Source: Patescibacteria group bacterium
GTDB lineage: Bacteria > Patescibacteriota > Microgenomatia > UBA12405
Length of the DNA stretch: 64,000 nucleotides
NCBI GenBank assembly: GCA_018902845.1
Contig: JAHIPV010000001.1
Location: 12,124-76,123, forward strand
Reading direction: 5' to 3'
Below the pieces are notes generated by a model, which made no database searches, was not told the DNA's origin, and worked only from the letters and a program-made list of their open reading frames with translations. Of the stretch, positions 29,246 through 37,736 are shown in pieces. Position 1 is the first letter of the stretch. Each line of letters begins with the position of its first letter. A program made the position numbers and the translations under genes.

Positions 29246-30041
29246 TTTCAATTCCAACCGGACAATGATCCGATCCTAATACTTCCGGCATTATAAAAGC
29301 CTTTTTAATCTTATTTTTTAAACTTTTATCAATAAAAAAATAATCTATCCGCCAGCCCACATTTCTCCCCCTAGCCCCACTTCTTTGACTCCACCACGAA
29401 TATTGCCCTGCTTCTTTACAAAACAATCTAAAACTATCCAAGTATCCATTTTTAATTACTTTATCAATCCATTTTCTTTCTATTTCCAAAAAACCGGAAG
29501 TATTTACATTATCTTTTGGTCTAGCCAGATCAATCTCTTTGTGTGCTGTGTTTACATCCCCGCAAAAAATTATCTTTTCTCCATTTTTCCGCAATTCGTT
29601 AATATATTTCAAAAAATGTTCATAAAAATCCAATTTATACTTCAATCTACCCTTATCTCGTTTTCCGTTGGGGAAGTAAACATTAAGTAGCGTAAAATTA
29701 TCAAATTTCGTTACCACCATTCTACCTTCTTTATCATAAAAATCACTATTTTCAGGGTCATTGATAATCATTCTTGGTTCTAATTTAGTGAAAGTAGCTA
29801 CTCCTGAATATCCGGCTTTTTCAGCCTCATTCCAATATGAAAAATAATCATTAGGCGATCCTTCGGCTTGCTCTGCCTTAGCCCTAGTTTCTTGAAAACA
29901 ATATATATCAGCTTTATCCTTTTTTGCAAATTCCCACAATCCCTTTCTCACTGCCGCTCGTATCCCGTTCACATTCCAAGAAATGATACGAATAGTTTTG
30001 GTCATAAATTTATTATAGCCTCTTGCAAGTATAAACTTCAT
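29235..30041 (-). CDS. xth: Exodeoxyribonuclease III (AP endonuclease, Xth family)
   Basis: IRIISWNVNGIRA...YCFQETR...FYDKEGRMV...SDHCPV. Probable true start at the internal Met (MTKTIRIISWNVNG, ~30005). Confidence 0.85.
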   Translation of the reverse strand: MKFILARGYNKFMTKTIRIISWNVNGIRAAVRKGLWEFAKKDKADIYCFQETRAKAEQAEGSPNDYFSYWNEAEKAGYSGVATFTKLEPRMIINDPENSDFYDKEGRMVVTKFDNFTLLNVYFPNGKRDKGRLKYKLDFYEHFLKYINELRKNGEKIIFCGDVNTAHKEIDLARPKDNVNTSGFLEIERKWIDKVIKNGYLDSFRLFCKEAGQYSWWSQRSGARGRNVGWRIDYFFIDKSLKNKIKKAFIMPEVLGSDHCPVGIEIRA

Positions 30042-30087
30042 GTTTAAACAACTTGACTAAACATAAAATAATTTTTATAATCAAAAC

Positions 30088-30381
30088 ATGCACACACAAA
30101 CAGTAAAATTACAAAAAATAGGCAATTCTTTTATGGCTACCATCCCCATAGATTTGGTTAGGGCTAGTAAATTATCAATCGGAGACGATCTTGTTTTTAG
30201 TAAAGCCAAAAAATACAGTGATAAGTTATTGGGTTTCAATATCAAAATAAAAAAAGTTCGCAAAAAGAAACCAAAACTCAAAAGCTTTGCACAAGCAAAC
30301 AGCAAGCCAACTCTTTCAATTCCAAATTTTAGTATGAAACAAGTTCTAAAATGGAAACATGAGGCGCGCTATGATCGATAA
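30088..30381 (+). CDS. AbrB/MazE/SpoVT-family antitoxin (VapB-like)
   Basis: TVKLQKIGNSFMATIPIDLVRASKLSIGDDLVF looped-hinge-helix (swapped-hairpin) motif. Overlaps the downstream PIN gene. Confidence 0.55.
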   Translation: MHTQTVKLQKIGNSFMATIPIDLVRASKLSIGDDLVFSKAKKYSDKLLGFNIKIKKVRKKKPKLKSFAQANSKPTLSIPNFSMKQVLKWKHEARYDR

Positions 30382-30787
30382 AATTTATCTTGACGCTAGT
30401 TTTTTTGTCGCTCTTCAAATAAAAGAACACATTTTTTATCAGAAAGCTTGGAAGAAAATTAACAAAAGCCAATCTATAAAAATTTATTTTTCCTTATTCA
30501 CCCTAGATGAAGCAATTCATGTTTTAAAAAAATATAAGCTAAGTAAAAGTAAAATTATAAAAATCGTAAAAGATAAGTTAATAAACACAAACAAAAGCAT
30601 ACTTATCTCTTATAAAGATGACAAAAAAACATCGCTAAAATACTTAAATCTGTGGCAAAAATATAATCTAAGACCAATAGATTCGGTTCATCTCTTTTTA
30701 ATGAAACAACACAAAATAAAAACCATTGCCACCTTCGACAATGACTTCATAAAAAACAAAAAACAACTAGGTATCAAAGTTTTATAA
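30359..30787 (+). CDS. PIN-domain toxin (VapC-like)
   Basis: IYLDASFFVAL N-terminal PIN acidic motif and C-terminal TFDNDF. Confidence 0.65.
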   Translation: MRRAMIDKIYLDASFFVALQIKEHIFYQKAWKKINKSQSIKIYFSLFTLDEAIHVLKKYKLSKSKIIKIVKDKLINTNKSILISYKDDKKTSLKYLNLWQKYNLRPIDSVHLFLMKQHKIKTIATFDNDFIKNKKQLGIKVL

Positions 30788-30836
30788 ACAAAAACCCTGT
30801 CTTCTTCATCCTTTTTCTGTTATAATTTTTCCCAAT

Positions 30837-30908
30837 CCAGCGGTAGCAAAGCGGTTATGCAATGGTCTGTAAAACCATCCTAGGTAGGTTCGACTCCTAC
30901 CCGCTGGA
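30837..30908 (+). tRNA. tRNA with anticodon GUA (Tyr), class I (short variable loop)
   Basis: Acceptor CCAGCGG/CCGCTGG, anticodon arm ATGGT-CTGTAAA-ACCAT, variable loop CCTAG, T arm GTAGG-TTCGACT-CCTAC. The anticodon arm differs from the tRNA-Cys at 3853 by a single C->T. Confidence 0.6.
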
Positions 30909-30951
30909 CAAAAGTCATTTTTCTCTTTTTTTCTGTATAATTAACTCCACT

Positions 30952-31788
30952 ATGTCTCCTGCCATAATCCCAAAAAAATATTGTCAAATAGGTAAATCTC
31001 GTATCGCTTATATCGAAGCAGGTGACCAAAACTTACCTCATCTTTTGTTTATCCACGCTTGGCCTTCCTCCTCCGATATGTTTATCCCTGTTATTCATAA
31101 GCTTTCAAGAAAATTTAATATTCTTGCTCCGGATTTACCGGGTTTTGGCCGTTCTCAGGGTTTCAAAAAAAAATACACTTACAAATCATTTGTCGTTTTT
31201 ATAAAAAAATTCTTAAAAGCAAAAAACATCGAAAAAACCCACCTTTGTGGCTCTTCTCTTGGTGGTGCAATAGCTTTGGAATTTGCCTATCGCTACCCCA
31301 AAAAAGTAAACAAGTTAATTTTAAACGCCCCGCCTCTTTATCTTTATCCATTTCACAAAAACAAAAGTGAAATAGTTAGTTTCATCAGCAAAAAATTTCC
31401 ATCCTTGACCAATAATTTTTTAAACAAAATCAAAAAAAACAAACTTACTTATGTCTATTTCCTTCTTCGGGATCATTATCAGGGTATCGACAGAAATTTT
31501 ATTAAATACATTTTTGAGGAAGCTGTCAAAAGCAAAAATAAGGCGGTTCTAGATATTCTTAAAGAAATAGTAAACAGGGATTTGCGTCCTCATGTTTCCA
31601 AAATTAAAGCCAAAACATTAATAATTACAGGCAAAGATGATTATCCGGAACTTGTAAAAGATACTATGTACCTAAAAAAACACATTTCAAATTCCAAGTT
31701 ATTTTTGATAAAAAACAGCAACCATCGCTTGTCTGTCTGTAAGTCAGATATTTTCTCTCAAACCATATTCGGCTTCCTCCAAAAATAA
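30952..31788 (+). CDS. Alpha/beta-fold hydrolase
   Basis: LLFIHAWPSSS...GFGRS...HLCGSSLGGAIALEFA (nucleophile elbow GxSxG). Start placed at MSPAII; upstream ORF residues overlap the tRNA. Confidence 0.6.
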   Translation: MSPAIIPKKYCQIGKSRIAYIEAGDQNLPHLLFIHAWPSSSDMFIPVIHKLSRKFNILAPDLPGFGRSQGFKKKYTYKSFVVFIKKFLKAKNIEKTHLCGSSLGGAIALEFAYRYPKKVNKLILNAPPLYLYPFHKNKSEIVSFISKKFPSLTNNFLNKIKKNKLTYVYFLLRDHYQGIDRNFIKYIFEEAVKSKNKAVLDILKEIVNRDLRPHVSKIKAKTLIITGKDDYPELVKDTMYLKKHISNSKLFLIKNSNHRLSVCKSDIFSQTIFGFLQK

Positions 31789-31809
31789 TACCTTTGTTAC
31801 AATACTTTT

Positions 31810-32874
31810 GTGTTTCTAAATTCCCTAAATTTACAAAATTTCCGTTCCTACTCATCAAAGTCTGTTGATTTTCTTTCCAATGTCAACCTAATATTTGGCC
31901 CCAACGGTTCGGGGAAAACTAATATTTTAGAAGCCATATTTCTTCTTTCGGGGGCAAATTCATTTCGGGCTTCAAGATTGGCTCAGATGATTTCTTGGCA
32001 AAAAAACTTCGCTTCAATCCAAGGAAAATTAAATAAAAATAATGAAAACAATGACCTGGAAGTCCAATTAATAAAACAAGATGCTAATAGAATTTCCGTA
32101 TCGCATCGTTTTTTGGTTCAAAAAGTTCAAAAAACCAGAAAATTTTTTTTGAGCCATCTTAAAGCCGTTCTCTTTCACCCTGGCGATATTCGTTTAGTTT
32201 CTGGTTCTCCATCTCGTCGTCGTGATTTTATAGACTCTTTTCTCTCTCGTCTAGAGTGGTCCTATGCTTCCGCCTTGTCTCAATATAATAAATCCATCAA
32301 ACACAGAAACGAGTTGTTAGATTTAATTTTTCAAAAACAAGCATCTGTAAACGAATTATTTTTTTGGGATCAATCTTTAATAAAAAATGGCAACATTTTA
32401 TATCAATATCGTAAAAAATTTTTTGAATCTGCCAATAGTTTTTTCAAACAAAACAAAAACATACAAATACAGCAAATATCACTTCAATATTTAACTTCAA
32501 TTATCAGTAAGGAAAAATTAGATTCCAATCTTAATTTTGATATTAAAAACAAAAACACTGGATTTGGTCCGCATCGTGATGATTATCAGTTTGATAATAT
32601 TTCTTTTCCTTCAGAAGACAAAAATTTAGCCAATTGGGGGAGTGGTGGACAGCAAAGATTAGCCGTTTTAGCCTTAAAACTCGCCCAAGTTAATTATATT
32701 GAAAGCAATTACAACCAAACACCTATCCTTCTTCTCGATGACATTTTTTCAGAATTAGACCAAGACCATCGCCATCTGGTTGTAAGTCTTTGCAAAAATC
32801 ATCAGGTCTTTATCACTACCTCCAGTCCTCGAGTCCAAAAACTTTTGCCTAGTGCAAAAGCATTTTATTTATAA
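31810..32874 (+). CDS. recF: DNA replication and repair protein RecF
   Basis: LNLQNFRSYSS...NLIFGPNGSGKTNILEAIFLLS Walker A, and the C-terminal LLLDDIFSELD signature. Confidence 0.8.
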   Translation: MFLNSLNLQNFRSYSSKSVDFLSNVNLIFGPNGSGKTNILEAIFLLSGANSFRASRLAQMISWQKNFASIQGKLNKNNENNDLEVQLIKQDANRISVSHRFLVQKVQKTRKFFLSHLKAVLFHPGDIRLVSGSPSRRRDFIDSFLSRLEWSYASALSQYNKSIKHRNELLDLIFQKQASVNELFFWDQSLIKNGNILYQYRKKFFESANSFFKQNKNIQIQQISLQYLTSIISKEKLDSNLNFDIKNKNTGFGPHRDDYQFDNISFPSEDKNLANWGSGGQQRLAVLALKLAQVNYIESNYNQTPILLLDDIFSELDQDHRHLVVSLCKNHQVFITTSSPRVQKLLPSAKAFYL

Positions 32875-33532
32875 TATAATACCTCCACACTTAACTTACT
32901 GTTGCCTAATTGCAAAAAACCTCCAAAAGATTTCCAAATCCGAGGAGTTTTTAATTTGTCTAAAGCAACTAAGTTAAAAGTACCTTAACATCAATCAATG
33001 TGCGTTTTCATTAGTCATGATTGTTAGTATCAGAGGATGAAATCCTGATGATTTTGTTTACAAAATCTATTAGGATATTTTTTCAAAACTTTTTTCAGTT
33101 TATTTAAAACTGAACCCCTTGCAGATTAAAACCTGTCAAGGGTTGATACTAAGAGTTTGATCGTGGCTCAGGGTGAACGCTGGCGACGTGCCTAAGACAT
33201 GCAAGTCGAACGAGATTCGTATTTTACATAAGGAAATTACATAATAATTTTCTTGTGTAGAATACGATGACAGTGGCGAACGGGTGAGTAATAAGTACGA
33301 ACGTACCTCTAAGTGGAGCATAGCCTCGAGAAATCGTGGATAATACTCCATAGTCCTCGTATTTCATACAAGGAAATTCAAAGCACTAATATCTAAACTC
33401 AAAACTTTTTTGTTTTGGATTTTGAATATTTAGATTTTAAATTTATTTAGGATTTCGATATTAGAATTTAGGATTTTCTCGCATGGAATGCGAGGTAAAG
33501 ATTTATCGCTTAGAGAGCGGCGTACTCGCTAC

Positions 33533-33565
<33 letters not shown>

Positions 33566-34750
33566 GATGACGGCTACCGGCTCTTAGCGGAGGGTCCGGC
33601 ACAATGGGACTGAGACACGGCCCATACACCTACGGGTGGCAGCAGTTAGGAATATTGCGCAATGGACGAAAGTCTGACGCAGCGACGTCGCGTGTGGGAT
33701 GACGGCCTTCGGGTTGTAAACCACTTTTATTTCGTCATCATGGCGAGATGAATAAACAGCTACTAATTACGTGCCAGCAGTCGCGGTAATACGTAAGCTG
33801 TAAGCGTTACCCGGTTTTATTGGGCGTAAAGGGTCTGTAGGTGGTTTTTTAAGTCCTATTTCAAAGACTCCGACTTAATCGGAGAAAGGGGTAGGATACT
33901 GAAAGACTAGAGTTATATCGGGGTTACTGGAATTTATAGCGTAGGGGTAAAATCCGTGGATACTATAAAGAACACCAAGGGCGAAGGCGGGTAACTAGGT
34001 ATACACTGACACTGAAAGACGAAAGCTAGGGGAGCAAATCAGATTAGAGACCTGAGTAGTCCTAGCTGTAAACGATGTCTGTTAGTTCTACGAGCTTATG
34101 CTTGTGGGATGTAAGCTAACGCGTTAAACAGACCGCCTGGGGAGTATAGCCGCAAGGCCGAAACTCAAACGAATTGGCGGGGAGGCGCACAACCAGTGGA
34201 GCATGTGGTTTAATTCGATACGAAGCGATGAACCTTACCTGGGCTTGAAATCCTGTTTATGTTTTTCCCGAAAAGGAAAAACTCAGTGGCAGGACAGCTG
34301 TTGCATGGCTGTCGTCAGCTCGTGACGTGAGTTGTTCTCTTAAGTGAGGTAACGAGCGCAACCCCTATTCTGTGTTATTTTTTCACAGAAGACTGCTCAG
34401 CATTATTTTTGTTGGGAGGAAGGAGGGGACGACGTCAAGTCAGCATGATGCTTATGTCCAGGGCGACACACATCCTACAATGGGAAGTACAATGAGTTGC
34501 AATACCGCGAGGTGGAGCTAATCTATAAAACTTCCCTCAGTTGGGATTGCAGGCTGAAATTCGCCTGCATGAACTTGGAATTGGTAGTAATCGCAGATCA
34601 GCAGACTGCGGTGAATACGTTCTCGCCTCTTGCACACACAGCCCGTCAAATCAGCAAAGTTGAGGGTGCCCGAAGGACTCCGATCAATCGGAGGACTAAG
34701 GTAAATTCAGCGATGAGGGTTAAGTCGTAAATTGTTGCGACTCATGGAAG

Positions 34751-35471
34751 TAATTCCATGAACAAATCTGGCTGTATCGGGGAAATCTAAGTCCTAGTGT
34801 TAAAATTAGGATATGACAACCGCGAGGGAACCCGACCGTTTTTCTAAAAAACAACCGGGACTCCGTAGAGACTATACGCCAGCGCCTCAAATCAGTAAAT
34901 CTTATTTACTTGGAATTTTGCACGACGCCACAGAAAGAAAAACAACTTTTAGAATTAGTCAAAAAAGTGAAATTTTTGTCAAATTTATTGCCAAAGAAAT
35001 CAAAAGACTTGGTTCTGGAGCTTGGGTCTATAAAGAAGGGAAAAACAGAAATGTCTACGTTGTAGAATTTTCAAAAAGTTTTCTTAAAGGATTCAAGATA
35101 AAAACCAGACAAGACAAAATTGACTACATTCGAGGTTATTTTGATTCTGAGGGAGGTATTGCACATCATCCAAAAGTTCGTTTTTATATTTATTTTTCTC
35201 AAAAAGATATAAATGATCTTAAGGAAGTTAAGCAATGTCTCAAAGAATTAAATATTTCTTGTGGAAAAACGCATAATCCAAGCAAAAAAGTAGATCCTGA
35301 TTATTGGCGATTTTATATTTTAAGCAAATCTTACAAAGATTTTGCTAAAATTATTGGGTCCTTCCACCCAATCAAGAATCGTCTTTTGAGGATGAAGAGA
35401 TAGTCCGTACCCTTGGAAACAAGGGAATCGATTTTATTAGTTTTTTTAATAATTAAGTAAAATCAAATGAA
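34751..35471 (+). mobile_element. Intervening sequence (probable group I intron) in 16S rRNA at the E. coli ~1506 site, carrying a homing endonuclease ORF
   Basis: Insertion between conserved ...GGTTAAGTCGTAA and CAAGGTATCCGTACTGGAAGGTGCGGATGGATCACCTCCTT. Contains ORF 34813..35403. Confidence 0.6.
34813..35403 (+). CDS. LAGLIDADG-family homing endonuclease (intron-encoded)
   Basis: LLGILHDATE and IRGYFDSEGG are the two LAGLIDADG motifs of a single-chain homing endonuclease. The ORF lies wholly within the 16S insertion. Confidence 0.65.
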   Translation: MTTAREPDRFSKKQPGLRRDYTPAPQISKSYLLGILHDATERKTTFRISQKSEIFVKFIAKEIKRLGSGAWVYKEGKNRNVYVVEFSKSFLKGFKIKTRQDKIDYIRGYFDSEGGIAHHPKVRFYIYFSQKDINDLKEVKQCLKELNISCGKTHNPSKKVDPDYWRFYILSKSYKDFAKIIGSFHPIKNRLLRMKR

Positions 35472-35583
35472 CAAGGTATCCGTACTGGAAGGTGCGGATG
35501 GATCACCTCCTTTGAGGTTAACTCAAAATCCCTCTGATACTAACAATTTTGACTAATAGCACATTGATTGATAACAAAAAATT

Positions 35584-35613
35584 TTAAATCCCGATATTTT
35601 ATCGGGATTTTTT
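35584..35613 (+). terminator. Rho-independent terminator downstream of 16S
   Basis: aaatcccgatattttatcgggattttttg: 10-bp stem, 4-5 nt loop, T-run. Confidence 0.5.
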
Positions 35614-35652
35614 GTTTGACATTTATACATACGTCAAATATACTATGTATAT

Positions 35653-35937
35653 ATGTCCACTGCAGTAATAAATATCAGAACCAACACTCATCTTAAACAA
35701 GAAGCAAAAAAAATTCTTGAGGAATTTGGTTTAACGCTAACATCGTTCATAAACGCTAAACTAAAAAAACTTGTTCGTAGCAGATCTATAGTTTTTTCCC
35801 TTAACAAAGAAGAAACCCTAACTCCTTGGGCGATTAAACAACTTAAAGAATCAGAAACAGATTACAAAAAAGGTAGAATTTCTCCGTCTTTTACCTCAGC
35901 CAAAGATGCGATAAAATGGCTTGAGCCAGATGAATAA
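35653..35937 (+). CDS. RelB/DinJ-family antitoxin
   Basis: AVINIRTNTHLKQEAKKILEEFGLTLTSFINAKLKKLV matches the DinJ N-terminal RHH-like region. Overlaps the toxin gene. Confidence 0.65.
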   Translation: MSTAVINIRTNTHLKQEAKKILEEFGLTLTSFINAKLKKLVRSRSIVFSLNKEETLTPWAIKQLKESETDYKKGRISPSFTSAKDAIKWLEPDE

Positions 35938-36208
35938 ACTTAAACTAAATTTTTCCAAAAAATTTCGCAAAAGTTATCAAAAATCTCCGACAAAAATCAA
36001 AAAACAATTCCAAAAAAGACTTAAAATTTTTGTTAAAAATCCACTTAATCCATCGCTCAAAAACCACCGTCTTACAGGAAAATATAAAGTTTATCGAAGT
36101 ATTAATATAACTGGTGATTGGAGAGCTTTATTTTCAACACAAAACCTCAAAAAAAGTTTAATCATTGAATTTAAATTTTTCGGAACACATAGTCAGCTGT
36201 ATGGATAA
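35921..36208 (+). CDS. YafQ/RelE-family mRNA interferase toxin
   Basis: KNHRLTGKYKVYRSINITGDWRALF (H.L.G....R...I..DwR). Probable true start MNKLKLNF at ~35933. Confidence 0.65.
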   Translation: MSQMNKLKLNFSKKFRKSYQKSPTKIKKQFQKRLKIFVKNPLNPSLKNHRLTGKYKVYRSINITGDWRALFSTQNLKKSLIIEFKFFGTHSQLYG

Positions 36209-36247
36209 TTTCAGAATGAATTTGTAATATAATTCGACTAAATAAGT

Positions 36248-36982
36248 ATGAATAAAAAAATCTCACCATTTCTAACCAAATTAAAAATAGATCCAAAAGA
36301 ACTTCCTAAGCATATCGGCATAATTATGGATGGCAATCGCCGTTGGGCTAAAGCCAGAGGGTTAAATGCCATAGACGGCCATACTGCCGGAGCTAAAAAT
36401 TTAGAAGCAATCATCGAGCATTGCGGAAAAATAGGTATCAAGCATTTAACTATTTATGCCTTGTCTACCGAAAATTGGCGCAAGAGATCAAAAGAAGAGG
36501 TCAAGGGTATTTTTAATCTACTCCTAGAAATTTTTAAAAGATGGAAAAAAGATTATAAAACTAAAGGTGTCAAATTTTTTGTTTTAGGTAACTTTCAGGC
36601 TCTCCCTCTTAGAGTACGTGACGCTATCAAAAACACGCTAAAAATAGTTTTAGACAAAGAAAGAATTAAGTTTAATGTAGCTCTCAACTATGGTGGCAGA
36701 GATGAAATAGTCATGGCTATAAAAAATATCATTAAAGATGGTGTCCCTGCCAGCAAAGTTAACGAAAAACTGGTTTCAAATTATCTTTATACCAAAGGAC
36801 AACCAGATCCGGACATGATTATTCGACCAGGTGGAGAATTTAGACTTTCAAATTTTTTACTTTGGCAAATGTCATATGCTGAACTCTATTTTACCGATGT
36901 TCTTTGGCCCGATTTCGGACCTAAAAAACTAGAAAAAGCTATTTACTGGTATCAGCAAAGAGACAGAAGAAAAGGAAAGTAA
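36248..36982 (+). CDS. uppS: Isoprenyl transferase (undecaprenyl-diphosphate synthase)
   Basis: HIGIIMDGNRRWAK, TIYALSTENWRR and RPGGEFRLSNFLLWQ UppS motifs. Confidence 0.9.
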   Translation: MNKKISPFLTKLKIDPKELPKHIGIIMDGNRRWAKARGLNAIDGHTAGAKNLEAIIEHCGKIGIKHLTIYALSTENWRKRSKEEVKGIFNLLLEIFKRWKKDYKTKGVKFFVLGNFQALPLRVRDAIKNTLKIVLDKERIKFNVALNYGGRDEIVMAIKNIIKDGVPASKVNEKLVSNYLYTKGQPDPDMIIRPGGEFRLSNFLLWQMSYAELYFTDVLWPDFGPKKLEKAIYWYQQRDRRKGK

Positions 36983-36984
36983 AA

Positions 36985-37275
36985 TCACAACACGCTTACT
37001 CCAAACATTGTTTCTACTACTTGCATAATTATATAACTCAAAAATATCAACAAAAACCCAACTACACCTGCTGTAATTTTCCCGTATCCTGCTTTAGTTC
37101 TAGCCGGATCGCCGGCCGCAGTCATCAGTTGTATTCCACCAGCAATCAACATCACAAACATTGACAATCCTGCTATAACGTAAACATACGGCAAGGCATC
37201 GCTAATTACATCACCCAGATCTCGGTTTGAAAATTTAAAAGCAGTACCTTGATAGCCTGGTAATGTTACTGCCAT
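36985..37275 (-). CDS. VirB2/TrbC-like pilin, second tandem paralog (start uncertain)
   Basis: AGGIQLMTAAGDPARTKAGYGKITAGVVGFLLIFLSYII parallels LATSGGDPKKVQGAKETLTSAVTGLLLSIFALFI of the upstream gene. The listed ORF extends into the upstream gene in another frame, so the start was placed at the internal Met. Confidence 0.4.
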   Translation of the reverse strand: MAVTLPGYQGTAFKFSNRDLGDVISDALPYVYVIAGLSMFVMLIAGGIQLMTAAGDPARTKAGYGKITAGVVGFLLIFLSYIIMQVVETMFGVSVL

Positions 37276-37277
37276 AC

Positions 37278-37700
37278 TTAGTTTAATCCTGGAATTTTTA
37301 ATATATCGACCGCAATTAACTTTAGTATAAACAAAGCAAAAATCGACAGCAATAAGCCGGTTACTGCCGATGTTAAAGTTTCCTTTGCCCCTTGGACTTT
37401 TTTTGGATCTCCGCCGGATGTAGCTAACAAGATAAAACTGTATACCATCAACAAAAAAGAAATTCCACCTATAATACCAAACAAATATGGCAAAAGCCAA
37501 GCAACTAATCCATCAATTTGTACCGGTATGCATCCAAGGGCAGTATTAACTTGTGGATCAGTGCTGTCAGCTCCGTGTCCCGTCGAATCACAAAACTCCT
37601 TGTCTTGAGCAAGCACTTTTTGTGGTAAAAATTTATTTAAAGTTACTCCTACCAACAAAAATCCCACCAGAAATACCAAAAAACTTTGCCACAATTTCAT
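37278..37700 (-). CDS. TrbC/VirB2-family pilin-like protein
   Basis: Signal peptide plus two hydrophobic helices around a G-rich SGGDPKK loop, typical of the T4SS-type pilins common in CPR genomes. Confidence 0.5.
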   Translation of the reverse strand: MKLWQSFLVFLVGFLLVGVTLNKFLPQKVLAQDKEFCDSTGHGADSTDPQVNTALGCIPVQIDGLVAWLLPYLFGIIGGISFLLMVYSFILLATSGGDPKKVQGAKETLTSAVTGLLLSIFALFILKLIAVDILKIPGLN

Positions 37701-37736
37701 AAATTTAAGTATAACACAAAATGCTAGAATGAATTT

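Noticed and set aside
33136-33351. 71-aa ORF on the minus strand
   Set aside because: Lies entirely within the 5' domain of the 16S rRNA gene; spurious.
34497-34730. 77-aa ORF on the plus strand
   Set aside because: Inside conserved 16S rRNA sequence just upstream of the intron; spurious.
35513-35652. Expected tRNA-Ile/tRNA-Ala and 23S downstream of 16S
   Set aside because: None found. Sequence runs into a terminator and then a DinJ-YafQ module, so the rRNA genes appear unlinked.
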